Of a DNA stretch of 64,000 bases, positions 17,697-25,615 are shown in pieces; within the stretch, counting starts at the first letter, position 1; each line of letters opens with the position of its first letter. The notes below the pieces were generated by a model. That model was given only the letters and a program-made list of their open reading frames with translations. It did not search any database and was not told the origin of the DNA. Position numbers and translations under genes: made by a program. Origin of the DNA: Candidatus Micrarchaeota archaeon (lineage in GTDB: Archaea > Micrarchaeota > Micrarchaeia > Micrarchaeales > CABMGC01); assembly GCA_021828295.1 (NCBI GenBank), contig JAKASF010000001.1:2702-66701 (forward strand), read 5' to 3'.

Positions 17697-18521
17697 ATGG
17701 ATGAACGCACGATGATTTATCTTGGCTCGACGTGCCTGCTCGCGATAGTGATAATGGCGAGCTCCGCGGAATTCGGCAGCCTGTGGATAATCGCCTTCTT
17801 CCTTTCGATACTCGCCATAATGCTAATCTTCATACTCAACTACGCCGATTTCGTCGTGTTTCCGCTGTTCACATCGCTGCTGGGGGTCAAGATAGTGCCG
17901 GCGAAGAACTACTACATGCCAAAGGACAGCAGCAGCATAGTCAAGAACGTGGGCGGCATCTACTATGCAACGGGCTACCTCACAGCCAACGTCTACAACT
18001 ACGTCTTCGCCGCGGAGAGCGTGGACGAGGACGAGGCCGCGAAGCTGTCCGAGGGCCCCGACAAGTGGGAACGCATAGTAATGAACGCCGGCTTTCCGTT
18101 CAGGTTCAGCTTCGTCTCCGTCGCCGAGGACGTGCAGCGCTACAGGGACGAGCTGGAGGGCAAGCGCGGCGTCCTGGAGTTCCAGCTTTCCAAGGAGATG
18201 AGCAGCAGCACGCCGAGCGAGCTCACGATACAGGACCTGCAGAGGAAGATGAACGTGATAGACGCGAGGATAAACAGGCTGTCTGCTGGGGAGCGTCCCG
18301 TCGACTCCATCATGTATGTGGAGAGCACGGCCGTCGGGGTGAGCGAGAAGGAGGCGATAGACTCGCTGTCGAACCAGCTGGCTCACCTGCAGACACTGTT
18401 CAGCGCCTTCGACCTCAGCATAACGCGCGTGGTCGGCAGGGAGCTCTACCACCTCTTCACCTACAACTACGTGGTGCCCACCCGCGATGCGCTCGCGGAC
18501 ACGTTCAGCGCAGAGAGGTAG
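17697..18521 (+). CDS. 2-TM + soluble-domain protein, copy 2
   Basis: Two N-terminal TM helices. AGFPFRFSFVSVAEDVQRYRDELEGKRGVLEFQLSK aligns with ADFPFEFGLGVRSVEHVRILDALEEKRRLKEIELAR of the locus B protein. Confidence 0.65.
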   Translation: MDERTMIYLGSTCLLAIVIMASSAEFGSLWIIAFFLSILAIMLIFILNYADFVVFPLFTSLLGVKIVPAKNYYMPKDSSSIVKNVGGIYYATGYLTANVYNYVFAAESVDEDEAAKLSEGPDKWERIVMNAGFPFRFSFVSVAEDVQRYRDELEGKRGVLEFQLSKEMSSSTPSELTIQDLQRKMNVIDARINRLSAGERPVDSIMYVESTAVGVSEKEAIDSLSNQLAHLQTLFSAFDLSITRVVGRELYHLFTYNYVVPTRDALADTFSAER

Positions 18522-18561
18522 ATGTTATAAGGTTTGCCCAAGAATCAGAAAAGTTGATGCG

Positions 18562-20067
18562 ATGAGCCTCGTAAGACTGCAGAACATAATGAGCAACGAG
18601 CTTGCAAAGCGCACCATATTCAGCAGGCCCCCGGAGCCGCCGCAGGAGTACCTGCTCAACGATCCCACGGAGTCCATATTCATAGGCATAACGAAGCTCT
18701 TCCACGTTCCGTTCACCTGGACCTTCGCCAGCCTCACGAACCCGCACGTCGCCGTCGTGGGAATAACAGGCGCAGGAAAGAGCTTCTTCGTCAAGACCTT
18801 CCTGACAAGAGCCAGCTACATCTGGAACACGAACGCGATAATAATCGACTGGGCCGGGGAGTACAAGGCCTGGGTCAAGCAGAGCGGCGGCGTCGTGGTC
18901 TCCCTGGGCAAGGGCGACTACATAAACATAATGGACCTATCGGGGATGAAGCCGGTTGACAGATCGAAGCAGATAATAGGATCGTTCGAGATACTCACTG
19001 ACATAAGCGACTACCCCGAGCAGAAGAGGCTCACGGTCGAGGCAGTGGAGCAGGCCTATGTCAACTTCGGTTTCGCTATGGCGGACCCTCCGCCCCCTGG
19101 CAAGGAGTCGCCGACGCTGAAGGACGTGATCGGCCTGCTGGAGGAGAAGCTGCAGGAGGGAACGTACCAGTACCCTGCAGAGCTGGAGAACGCGGTCTAC
19201 AGGCTGAGGCAGTTCGCAAGGGAGGGCGAGGACTACTTCGCGAGGAAGAGCACCATAGATCTCGGCAAGCTCGCGTCGTCGGGGCTTGTTGCCATCGACC
19301 TGTCCAACCTTCCAGACGAGAAGTTCAGGGCGCTCGCCGCGCTCTTCATACTCCAAACGCTCAAGGAGAAGATGCGCATGGAGGGATGGAGCGCCTCCAA
19401 GGGCCTCAAGGCGCTTGTCGTGCTCGACGAGGCCTGGAAGGTCGCGAGCGACGAGAGGAGCGACGCAGTGATGATAGTCAGGGAGGGAAGGAAGTACCAG
19501 TTCGGGCTGATAGTCGCATCGCAGAACCCCACGGACATAAACGAGGCCATCTTCTCGAACGTCGGCACCACTATAATGCTCAGGATAAGGTTCGAGAAGT
19601 TCCTGGACTACCTGCAGGGCTCGCTCAACTTCTCAGACTTCATGCGCAAGGAGATAAGCAAGTTCGGAGTGGGGCAGGCGGCCATTGACATGTCCTTCCA
19701 GACCAGCGTGCAGTTCCCCGAGGTCTTCCTGATAGAGAGGGTCGTGGGCGAGATACCCCTCGACGTGTACACAATCACCATAGCTGACGTTCTCAGCCAG
19801 CAGGAGCTTTCCGACGCGAACGTGCAGAAGGAGTACTACTTCGAGAAGATAGACCTCAACTCAAAGTTCATACAGTCCAACGTCAACTCCGAGGCTATAA
19901 ACAACATCTTCAAGGAGCTGGACACGAGGAACCGCATGGTAGACGTGCGCAGCCTCGTGCAGGTGATGAGCAACGAGAAGGTCGGCAAGGACACGATAGT
20001 CGAGCTCCTCAGGAGCGTCGGGCTCTCCGACGCTGTCATCACCAAGGTCTTCGTATACGTAACATAG
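18562..20067 (+). CDS. VirB4/TrbE/CedB-like P-loop ATPase (FtsK-HerA superfamily), locus A
   Basis: Walker A VAVVGITGAGKSFFVK. IIIDWAGEY. Walker B ALVVLDEAWKVASD. LIVASQNPTDI. I moved the start from the track's 18487 to the ATG at 18562 (MSLVRLQ...), because the upstream extension is Arg-rich and overlaps the previous gene. Confidence 0.8.
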   Translation: MSLVRLQNIMSNELAKRTIFSRPPEPPQEYLLNDPTESIFIGITKLFHVPFTWTFASLTNPHVAVVGITGAGKSFFVKTFLTRASYIWNTNAIIIDWAGEYKAWVKQSGGVVVSLGKGDYINIMDLSGMKPVDRSKQIIGSFEILTDISDYPEQKRLTVEAVEQAYVNFGFAMADPPPPGKESPTLKDVIGLLEEKLQEGTYQYPAELENAVYRLRQFAREGEDYFARKSTIDLGKLASSGLVAIDLSNLPDEKFRALAALFILQTLKEKMRMEGWSASKGLKALVVLDEAWKVASDERSDAVMIVREGRKYQFGLIVASQNPTDINEAIFSNVGTTIMLRIRFEKFLDYLQGSLNFSDFMRKEISKFGVGQAAIDMSFQTSVQFPEVFLIERVVGEIPLDVYTITIADVLSQQELSDANVQKEYYFEKIDLNSKFIQSNVNSEAINNIFKELDTRNRMVDVRSLVQVMSNEKVGKDTIVELLRSVGLSDAVITKVFVYVT

Positions 20068-20074
20068 TGCTCGC

Positions 20075-20371
20075 ATGGCCGGAACCTTCACCATAAGCAG
20101 GATAGAGCTAAAGCGCATGCTCACCACCCTCGGCGTGAGCGAGCGCAGCATAGACGGGCTCGTGGCCGAGCTCAACAAGATGCACAGGCACGCCAACGCA
20201 GTTGCCTTCGCGGGCATGCTGCAGAAGGCGGGGCTGAAGGAGGGCGACGTGGCCAACGTGCTGAGGCGCATAGGCATAGACGACATCTCGATAACGAGCG
20301 TATTCGACACGCTCGAGGAGGAGCGCATAAGGAGCGCCTACGGGCGGGTTGTCGACATAGTGCTTGAGTAG
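20075..20371 (+). CDS. Small helical protein (98 aa) built from 'LxxxG[ILV]' modules
   Basis: MLTTLGVSERSIDGLV, MLQKAGLKEGDVANVLRRIGIDDISITSVF. The same module occurs at the C-termini of both locus ATPases (LLRSVGLSDAVITKVF; LRKLGIGEDELADSF). Confidence 0.55.
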   Translation: MAGTFTISRIELKRMLTTLGVSERSIDGLVAELNKMHRHANAVAFAGMLQKAGLKEGDVANVLRRIGIDDISITSVFDTLEEERIRSAYGRVVDIVLE

Positions 20372-20380
20372 GAGGTATAT

Positions 20381-20737
20381 TTGCCAAAGACTGTTTGCAT
20401 AATATGCGGGAAGGAGAAGAGAGGCATAGACGTAGCCGACGACCTCGTGCTCGACTCTATAAGGTGGTTCAAGCAGAACGTAACGCACAACGAGCGCGGC
20501 AACAGGCTCGTGGTGTGCAGGGAGTGCTATCCGAAATACGCGGCTAGCAGGAAGAAGTTCGAGTCGAGGCAGAGGCTCTACCTTGGCCTTGGCATAGTCT
20601 TCGCGCTGCTCAACGTGACGCTTTCCAGGACGCTTGCCAGCGTTGGCATCTCGCTGCTCATCCTGCTCCTCTTCATCTGCTTCTCCCTGATGAGCTACTC
20701 GCCAAGGATAAACATAAAAAAGCAACATAGTCAATAG
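20381..20737 (+). CDS. Zinc-ribbon (CxxC...CxxC) protein with two C-terminal TM helices
   Basis: TTG start 4 nt after a GGAGGT (20371-20376). CIICGKEK...VCRECYPKY, then LGLGIVFALLNV / ISLLILLLFICFSLM. Confidence 0.55.
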   Translation: MPKTVCIICGKEKRGIDVADDLVLDSIRWFKQNVTHNERGNRLVVCRECYPKYAASRKKFESRQRLYLGLGIVFALLNVTLSRTLASVGISLLILLLFICFSLMSYSPRINIKKQHSQ

Positions 20738-20767
20738 TAATCTGTTGGCAGAGATGGGCGTGAGCTA

Positions 20768-21502
20768 GTGCAGGAAGAGGCATCGGCTGCTGAGGCGGAG
20801 CCGAAGGTCGAGCAGGTCGAGTTCCCCGGCAGGCTACTAACCAGCGTGGACGACGTGAAGCAGAAGCTTTCGGGCATACCCTTCTACACCCTTCAGGCAG
20901 GCGCAGGCGGCCTGGAGATAGCAAGGGTAGAGAGCAGGAACATACACAAGAAGCCTTTCCTGTTCTACATAATAGACATAGGCTCAAGCTCGCTCAAACT
21001 CACATACTCGATAGTGCCTGGAAGCAGCGAGAGGCTTAGGCGGGCCGAGGTGATAAGGAACCTGGCGTCGCTGCTCTCTGTCGTGAGCGAGAGCTTCAAG
21101 ATAGACGATAGCAAGTTCTTCCAGTACGTGGACTCGGTGCTGGGCAGCCTGATGGAAGGCCTATCGCAGAGCTACAGCACGCTGTTCAACAAGTACGACG
21201 CGCTGCTCAACGAGTACGTGGAGGCGAAGAAGCTGCTCAGGGAGCTCGAATCCTCGAACAGGAACCTCACCATACAGACGAGCAAGCTGAGCGAGGACAC
21301 CAAGGCGCTCACCGCGCAGCTCAAGTCGCTGGAGACGTACTCCGACGAGGCCCTCATGTCGATGGTCCAGGAGTGGATAGAGGTGCACAACAGCTCCGTC
21401 GACATAGGCGAGTTCTCGAAGACGTACAAGGTCCCCGAGCCGAGGATCGAGCAGATACTCGACAAGATGGTCTCCATGGGCTACATAGAGCTGAAGAGTT
21501 AG
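20768..21502 (+). CDS. Coiled-coil protein with C-terminal winged-helix (locus A)
   Basis: GTG start, 244 aa. The central region LLNEYVEAKKLLRELESSNRNLTIQTSKLSEDTKALTAQLKSLE is a coiled coil. The C-terminus IGEFSKTYKVPEPRIEQILDKMVSMGYIELKS is wHTH-like. It is a homologue of 59358..60041. Confidence 0.6.
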   Translation: MQEEASAAEAEPKVEQVEFPGRLLTSVDDVKQKLSGIPFYTLQAGAGGLEIARVESRNIHKKPFLFYIIDIGSSSLKLTYSIVPGSSERLRRAEVIRNLASLLSVVSESFKIDDSKFFQYVDSVLGSLMEGLSQSYSTLFNKYDALLNEYVEAKKLLRELESSNRNLTIQTSKLSEDTKALTAQLKSLETYSDEALMSMVQEWIEVHNSSVDIGEFSKTYKVPEPRIEQILDKMVSMGYIELKS

Positions 21503-21511
21503 CTGGTTCGC

Positions 21512-21667
21512 ATGAAATATTTGGTAACAATAAACAGAAAGTACCAGTACGTCAGAGTCTACAACGTGCTGAAGAAGATGAACGAGAGCACAAACCCCCT
21601 CTCCAAGGCCGCGGAGAGGCTGATAGGCAGGTTCGTGCTCAAGAAGAAGGGCGAGGGCCTTGAGTGA
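21512..21667 (+). CDS. Small basic protein (51 aa), hypothetical
   Basis: Below the ORF-track size cut-off: MKYLVTINRKYQYVRVYNVLKKMNESTNPLSKAAERLIGRFVLKKKGEGLE. It fills the gap between neighbouring genes exactly. Confidence 0.3.
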   Translation: MKYLVTINRKYQYVRVYNVLKKMNESTNPLSKAAERLIGRFVLKKKGEGLE

Positions 21668-21679
21668 CGGGTGTGCCGC

Positions 21680-24022
21680 ATGCGTCCGGTAGCGAAGATA
21701 GCGATCGTGGTCGCGGCCTTCGCGGTGCTGCTCGCGGGCCTGGCGTTCTACGTTAGCAGTACGTTCTCTCAGTTCTCTCACGCCCCAGCGCCCCAGACGC
21801 AGCTCTCCGGCCCAATCACGCTTTCCGTCTCCGAGCCGTTCAGCGGCACCTACTCCATCAACGGCAGCGGCGCTGCAGTCTACTCGCTCCTGTCCTACTC
21901 TTCGGCAAACGCCACAAACGCCACAGTAACGATGAGCATCTACCCGAGGGATCCGGTATCGAGAATATATCTGCTCAACGTGAGCTCCACGTGCGTCGCG
22001 TGCTTCAACGAGAACCAGCTGAACTCGGAGCTGCAGAGCGAGTTGCTCTACTACAATCTCGTGGCAAACGGGACAAGCTTCCAGTACATAAACCAATCTG
22101 CGCTCTCCTCGGTGCCCGGCGGCTCGATAGTTATCGTACCGTCTGGCCTACTCCCGTTCTTCATGCTCAACGGCACCTCGTCGCTCATCTCGCTGCTCAA
22201 CAGGGGCGACACCATAATATACGCGGGTCTCAATTTCAGCAGATCTGTCGGCCCCAACGGGATAATCTTCATAAGCAGCCAGGCGATGCTCAACCAGCTC
22301 GGCCTCGCCAATCTCGACACCGTAGCGGTCAACTCGTCCCCGGTTGCAGGCAGCCAGGGCATAAACCAGAGCTTCAAGAAACCGACGTTCGCGTTCGCCG
22401 GCGGCAGCCTTTATGGCAACGCCACATTTGCCGCATCTGAGAACGGCACTGTGATAGCGTTCTCAAACTACCCCACCGGCTCGTGGAACTCGCCGGGCAG
22501 CATGGCCGCCGACATAGCCAGGGCCATAGCATCGGATTTTTGGATCCCTCGTCTGAGCGGCAGTGCCAGCACGCTCGATCTCGCCTCCAGGAGCGCGGGC
22601 AACCTTGGCATATTCTCTCCTGTCAGCGTGCCCGCGAGGAGCACAGCAAACCTGACCAGCCTGGTCAACGGCAGCTATACGGTGCTTACAATTACGGCGA
22701 TGAATGCGCAGTCGTCTGCAAACAGGAGGCTCGTCTCCCGCAACACGTACGAGCCCCTGGGTAGCGTGGGCGTGGCTTCCACTGTGGGCTTCACGCAGCT
22801 CGTGCCTGTGCAGATGCAGGTCAATAACCTGAACACGAGCCTGCTGGTGCATCTGGACGTGTACGACCTGAACCTGAGCTACGTGAGCTCCATCCCCATC
22901 GGTTTCATCAACAGCACGCTGGGCATAGTCAAGTTCCACGCGTTCACGCTTCCGAGCGGCTACTACCTTCTCGAGCTGAAGGACTTCAACAACAGGTACT
23001 TTGGGGGGGCCCTATTCCACATGGAGAACGTTACGATAACTCCTGTGGCTGTTGACTTCGCCAACGGGACCTTCTCGTTCTCGGTGTACAGCAATGGCCA
23101 GCCCGTGTCAAACGCCACCTACAGCGTCAACATAAACGGCCTCTACGGGAGCGAGGGGCAGGTATTCAACGGCGCGATAGACTACACGCTGCCGCATGGA
23201 ACTCTCATAGCCCACGGCGCAGAGAACTTCAACTTCGCGATACTAAACCAGAACTACACCTATTCCGCGCAGTACCAGTCGACGCAGCTCTACATCCCCA
23301 CCATATACATAGAGTTCGGCGTGGCCATACTGGTGGTGGTCCTCCTCAACCTAATACTCAAGCCGCCCAACCGCGACGAGTTCTACATCGACGTGCCAGA
23401 GTTCCCGCCTTCGAAGCGAGAGAAGGTGAAGGTCACTGAGAGTTCTGTGCTCGGCGTCTTCGACAAGGTCAACTACTACCACCGCTGGAAGTACATGCCG
23501 CTAACCGCAGACGAGCTCAAGCTCGGCATAGGAAACAACATACGCGTCAACAACATGCCCATCTCGATAACCATGCAGAACGCGAACGCGGCGCTGTCTG
23601 CGCTGGTGCAGGACAAGTCCGTCTCAGCGGCCTCGGGCTACTACGCGCCCACCGCATGGGTGACCGCGTCGGGGCACAGCGTCGAGTACCTTGCCGTGTT
23701 CAGGAAGCTGCGCGACTACTGCGTCGAGCACGCCATACTCTTCACGGACCTCGACTCCAACAGCACCGCAGACATGCTTATAACAAAGGACGGCAAGCAG
23801 ATGAGCGTCTTCATCTATTCGAGCGGCGCAAGGATGCACAAGCTCATAATATCGAGCGACTCCAAATCCGCCATCGTCTTCCTGAACGACGAGGCGGCGA
23901 GGGACTTCACCGCAGAGCTCTACAACTCATATGGAAAGCAGGCCGAGGTGCTGAAGCTTGGCATAGAGTACAACTACGTCAAGCTCGTGGACAGCGACCA
24001 CCTCGATCAGCTTGCGCTCTGA
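21680..24022 (+). CDS. Bitopic surface protein, sequon-rich ectodomain + cytoplasmic C-terminal domain (780 aa)
   Basis: N-terminal anchor/signal MRPVAKIAIVVAAFAVLLAGLAF. The ectodomain of about 540 aa carries many N-x-S/T sequons. A second TM (IEFGVAILVVVLLNLIL) is followed by a soluble tail of about 220 aa. No recognisable domain. Confidence 0.6.
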   Translation: MRPVAKIAIVVAAFAVLLAGLAFYVSSTFSQFSHAPAPQTQLSGPITLSVSEPFSGTYSINGSGAAVYSLLSYSSANATNATVTMSIYPRDPVSRIYLLNVSSTCVACFNENQLNSELQSELLYYNLVANGTSFQYINQSALSSVPGGSIVIVPSGLLPFFMLNGTSSLISLLNRGDTIIYAGLNFSRSVGPNGIIFISSQAMLNQLGLANLDTVAVNSSPVAGSQGINQSFKKPTFAFAGGSLYGNATFAASENGTVIAFSNYPTGSWNSPGSMAADIARAIASDFWIPRLSGSASTLDLASRSAGNLGIFSPVSVPARSTANLTSLVNGSYTVLTITAMNAQSSANRRLVSRNTYEPLGSVGVASTVGFTQLVPVQMQVNNLNTSLLVHLDVYDLNLSYVSSIPIGFINSTLGIVKFHAFTLPSGYYLLELKDFNNRYFGGALFHMENVTITPVAVDFANGTFSFSVYSNGQPVSNATYSVNINGLYGSEGQVFNGAIDYTLPHGTLIAHGAENFNFAILNQNYTYSAQYQSTQLYIPTIYIEFGVAILVVVLLNLILKPPNRDEFYIDVPEFPPSKREKVKVTESSVLGVFDKVNYYHRWKYMPLTADELKLGIGNNIRVNNMPISITMQNANAALSALVQDKSVSAASGYYAPTAWVTASGHSVEYLAVFRKLRDYCVEHAILFTDLDSNSTADMLITKDGKQMSVFIYSSGARMHKLIISSDSKSAIVFLNDEAARDFTAELYNSYGKQAEVLKLGIEYNYVKLVDSDHLDQLAL

Positions 24023-25614
24023 GCCTCCTCCTGCTCCGTCTCCCCATCTTCCTCCTTGAAAAGGCTCTTGTATCTCTTGTCTATGAGGTTCTTGAGCTCC
24101 TTCTCCGTCTCCTCCTTCTTCCTGCCCGTTATCTCCTCAAGGTCCGAAGAGAGCTGGCTCACGTAGCGCATTATAGTCTTGTAGCCGCTCTGCTGTATGC
24201 TTTTGTGCCTCTCCCCGCTCAGGAACCTCTGCAGCTTCCTGCCCGCGTCCTGCACCGCGAGCTTTATCTCCTCCACTATCTCGTCCTCCTGCGCAATCGC
24301 CTGCTTGCCCACGCCCGAGTACGGTATGTACACAGAGGAGACGTTAACGAGCACGCTCACCGGCTCCTCGTCGAACTTCGCAATGGAGTAGCGCTTCCAG
24401 TCTATGCCCTGCACCGCTTCTGTTATCGCGCAGCTGCCCGTGTCGAATAGCAGCGGCACCTTGTTTGCAAACCTGAGTATGTTGCCAGATACTGCAGCCC
24501 CGTTCTTCCTGCCCGCCTCGCCCCCGTAGGCTATGCCCACCTCTACCACGAATGGCACTCCTCCCTTGAATACCTGCGGCTTGCGCTCAACCACGCTGTT
24601 GAACTTCGGGTTGAGTATGTTCCCAATCGCTATCTCTATCTGCTTCTCGCCTATCGTAGACATCGCGTCCAGCTCCGGCCCTATCCACTTCACGTGCTTG
24701 AACGCCTCTACTATCCTGGTGGCGTCCTCCCACGTCAGCTGCCTCGGCGCCTTGTCGAAATCAACGTCCTTGGCCAGATCCATTAGCTCCCTCACCTTGT
24801 CGTGCGTCACCCTCGAGAACGAGTCGACGAGAAAAGAGGTGACCTTCCTGCTCTCGCTGATGTGCGCGAAATCGAGCAGGTCGCTGGCCGAGATTCCGAG
24901 CGGGTGCGGCAGTATCTGCCTGGGCTTGCGCGGCATCGTGTTCACCGATCTCGGGAAGACGGCCTCGTTCCCGTCGGGTTCCACGAGCTTTATGCTTGTG
25001 TGTGGGTTGGAGAGCGCTGTCCTGCGCACGTACTCGTAGACGCCGTGCTCGCTCTTCTCGTACTTCACGTCGCCGAACTCGCCCTCGACCACTAGTCCTC
25101 TGAAGTCTGGCTTGATCTGAACAAGGTTGTTCACCAGCGGCTTGTTGCCCTTTATGTCTATGCTGAGGTCACAGGTGTAGGCTTCCTTGCCGGTGCTCGA
25201 TTTTACGCGTATGCCCCTGCCAGTAGTTATGAGCGCGAAGATGGTGCAGCCTCCGGCGCCTATGCCCTGCTGCCCCCTCTGCTGCATGTACCTGTGGAAT
25301 TTGGTGCCCGTGAGCACCGATGCGAGAGCCTTGCCGACGTGCTTCGACGGTATGCCGGGACCGTTGTCGCGCACGTAAACGCCGTACCTGTTCTCCGATA
25401 TCTCCTTCACGCGTATCTCTATGTCTGGCAGTATGCCAGCCTCCTCGCAGGCGTCCAGGCTGTTGGTTATGTACTCGTGGGCTATCGTGGTGAGCGAGCG
25501 CACCTTGCCCGCGTAGCCGAGCATCTGGCTGTTCTTCCTGAAGAACTCGGTGATGGAGTGCTCCTTGAACTCCTTGAATATCTCGTCCGCGTTCTTTGTC
25601 TTCTCCTCGGCCAT
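24007..25614 (-). CDS. top6B: DNA topoisomerase VI subunit B
   Basis: GHKL/Bergerat motifs EYITNSLDACEEAG and VRDNGPGIP. 535 aa with the typical N-terminus ...ITEFFRKNSQMLGY. Confidence 0.9.
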   Translation of the reverse strand: MAEEKTKNADEIFKEFKEHSITEFFRKNSQMLGYAGKVRSLTTIAHEYITNSLDACEEAGILPDIEIRVKEISENRYGVYVRDNGPGIPSKHVGKALASVLTGTKFHRYMQQRGQQGIGAGGCTIFALITTGRGIRVKSSTGKEAYTCDLSIDIKGNKPLVNNLVQIKPDFRGLVVEGEFGDVKYEKSEHGVYEYVRRTALSNPHTSIKLVEPDGNEAVFPRSVNTMPRKPRQILPHPLGISASDLLDFAHISESRKVTSFLVDSFSRVTHDKVRELMDLAKDVDFDKAPRQLTWEDATRIVEAFKHVKWIGPELDAMSTIGEKQIEIAIGNILNPKFNSVVERKPQVFKGGVPFVVEVGIAYGGEAGRKNGAAVSGNILRFANKVPLLFDTGSCAITEAVQGIDWKRYSIAKFDEEPVSVLVNVSSVYIPYSGVGKQAIAQEDEIVEEIKLAVQDAGRKLQRFLSGERHKSIQQSGYKTIMRYVSQLSSDLEEITGRKKEETEKELKNLIDKRYKSLFKEEDGETEQEEAQSAS

Positions 25615-25615
25615 G

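Noticed and set aside
15778-18565. Alternative-frame and antisense ORFs 15778-16824 (plus), 16897-17625 (minus), 17732-18565 (plus) and 17823-18452 (minus)
   Set aside because: They overlap paralogue 6 and the two 2-TM proteins, whose frames are supported by paralogy to other genes. The alternatives are Arg/His/Gly-rich with no TM or domain logic.
21161-22096. 311-aa minus-strand ORF
   Set aside because: It spans two plus-strand genes and their spacer. Its composition is Arg/Glu/His/Val-rich, with no start context.
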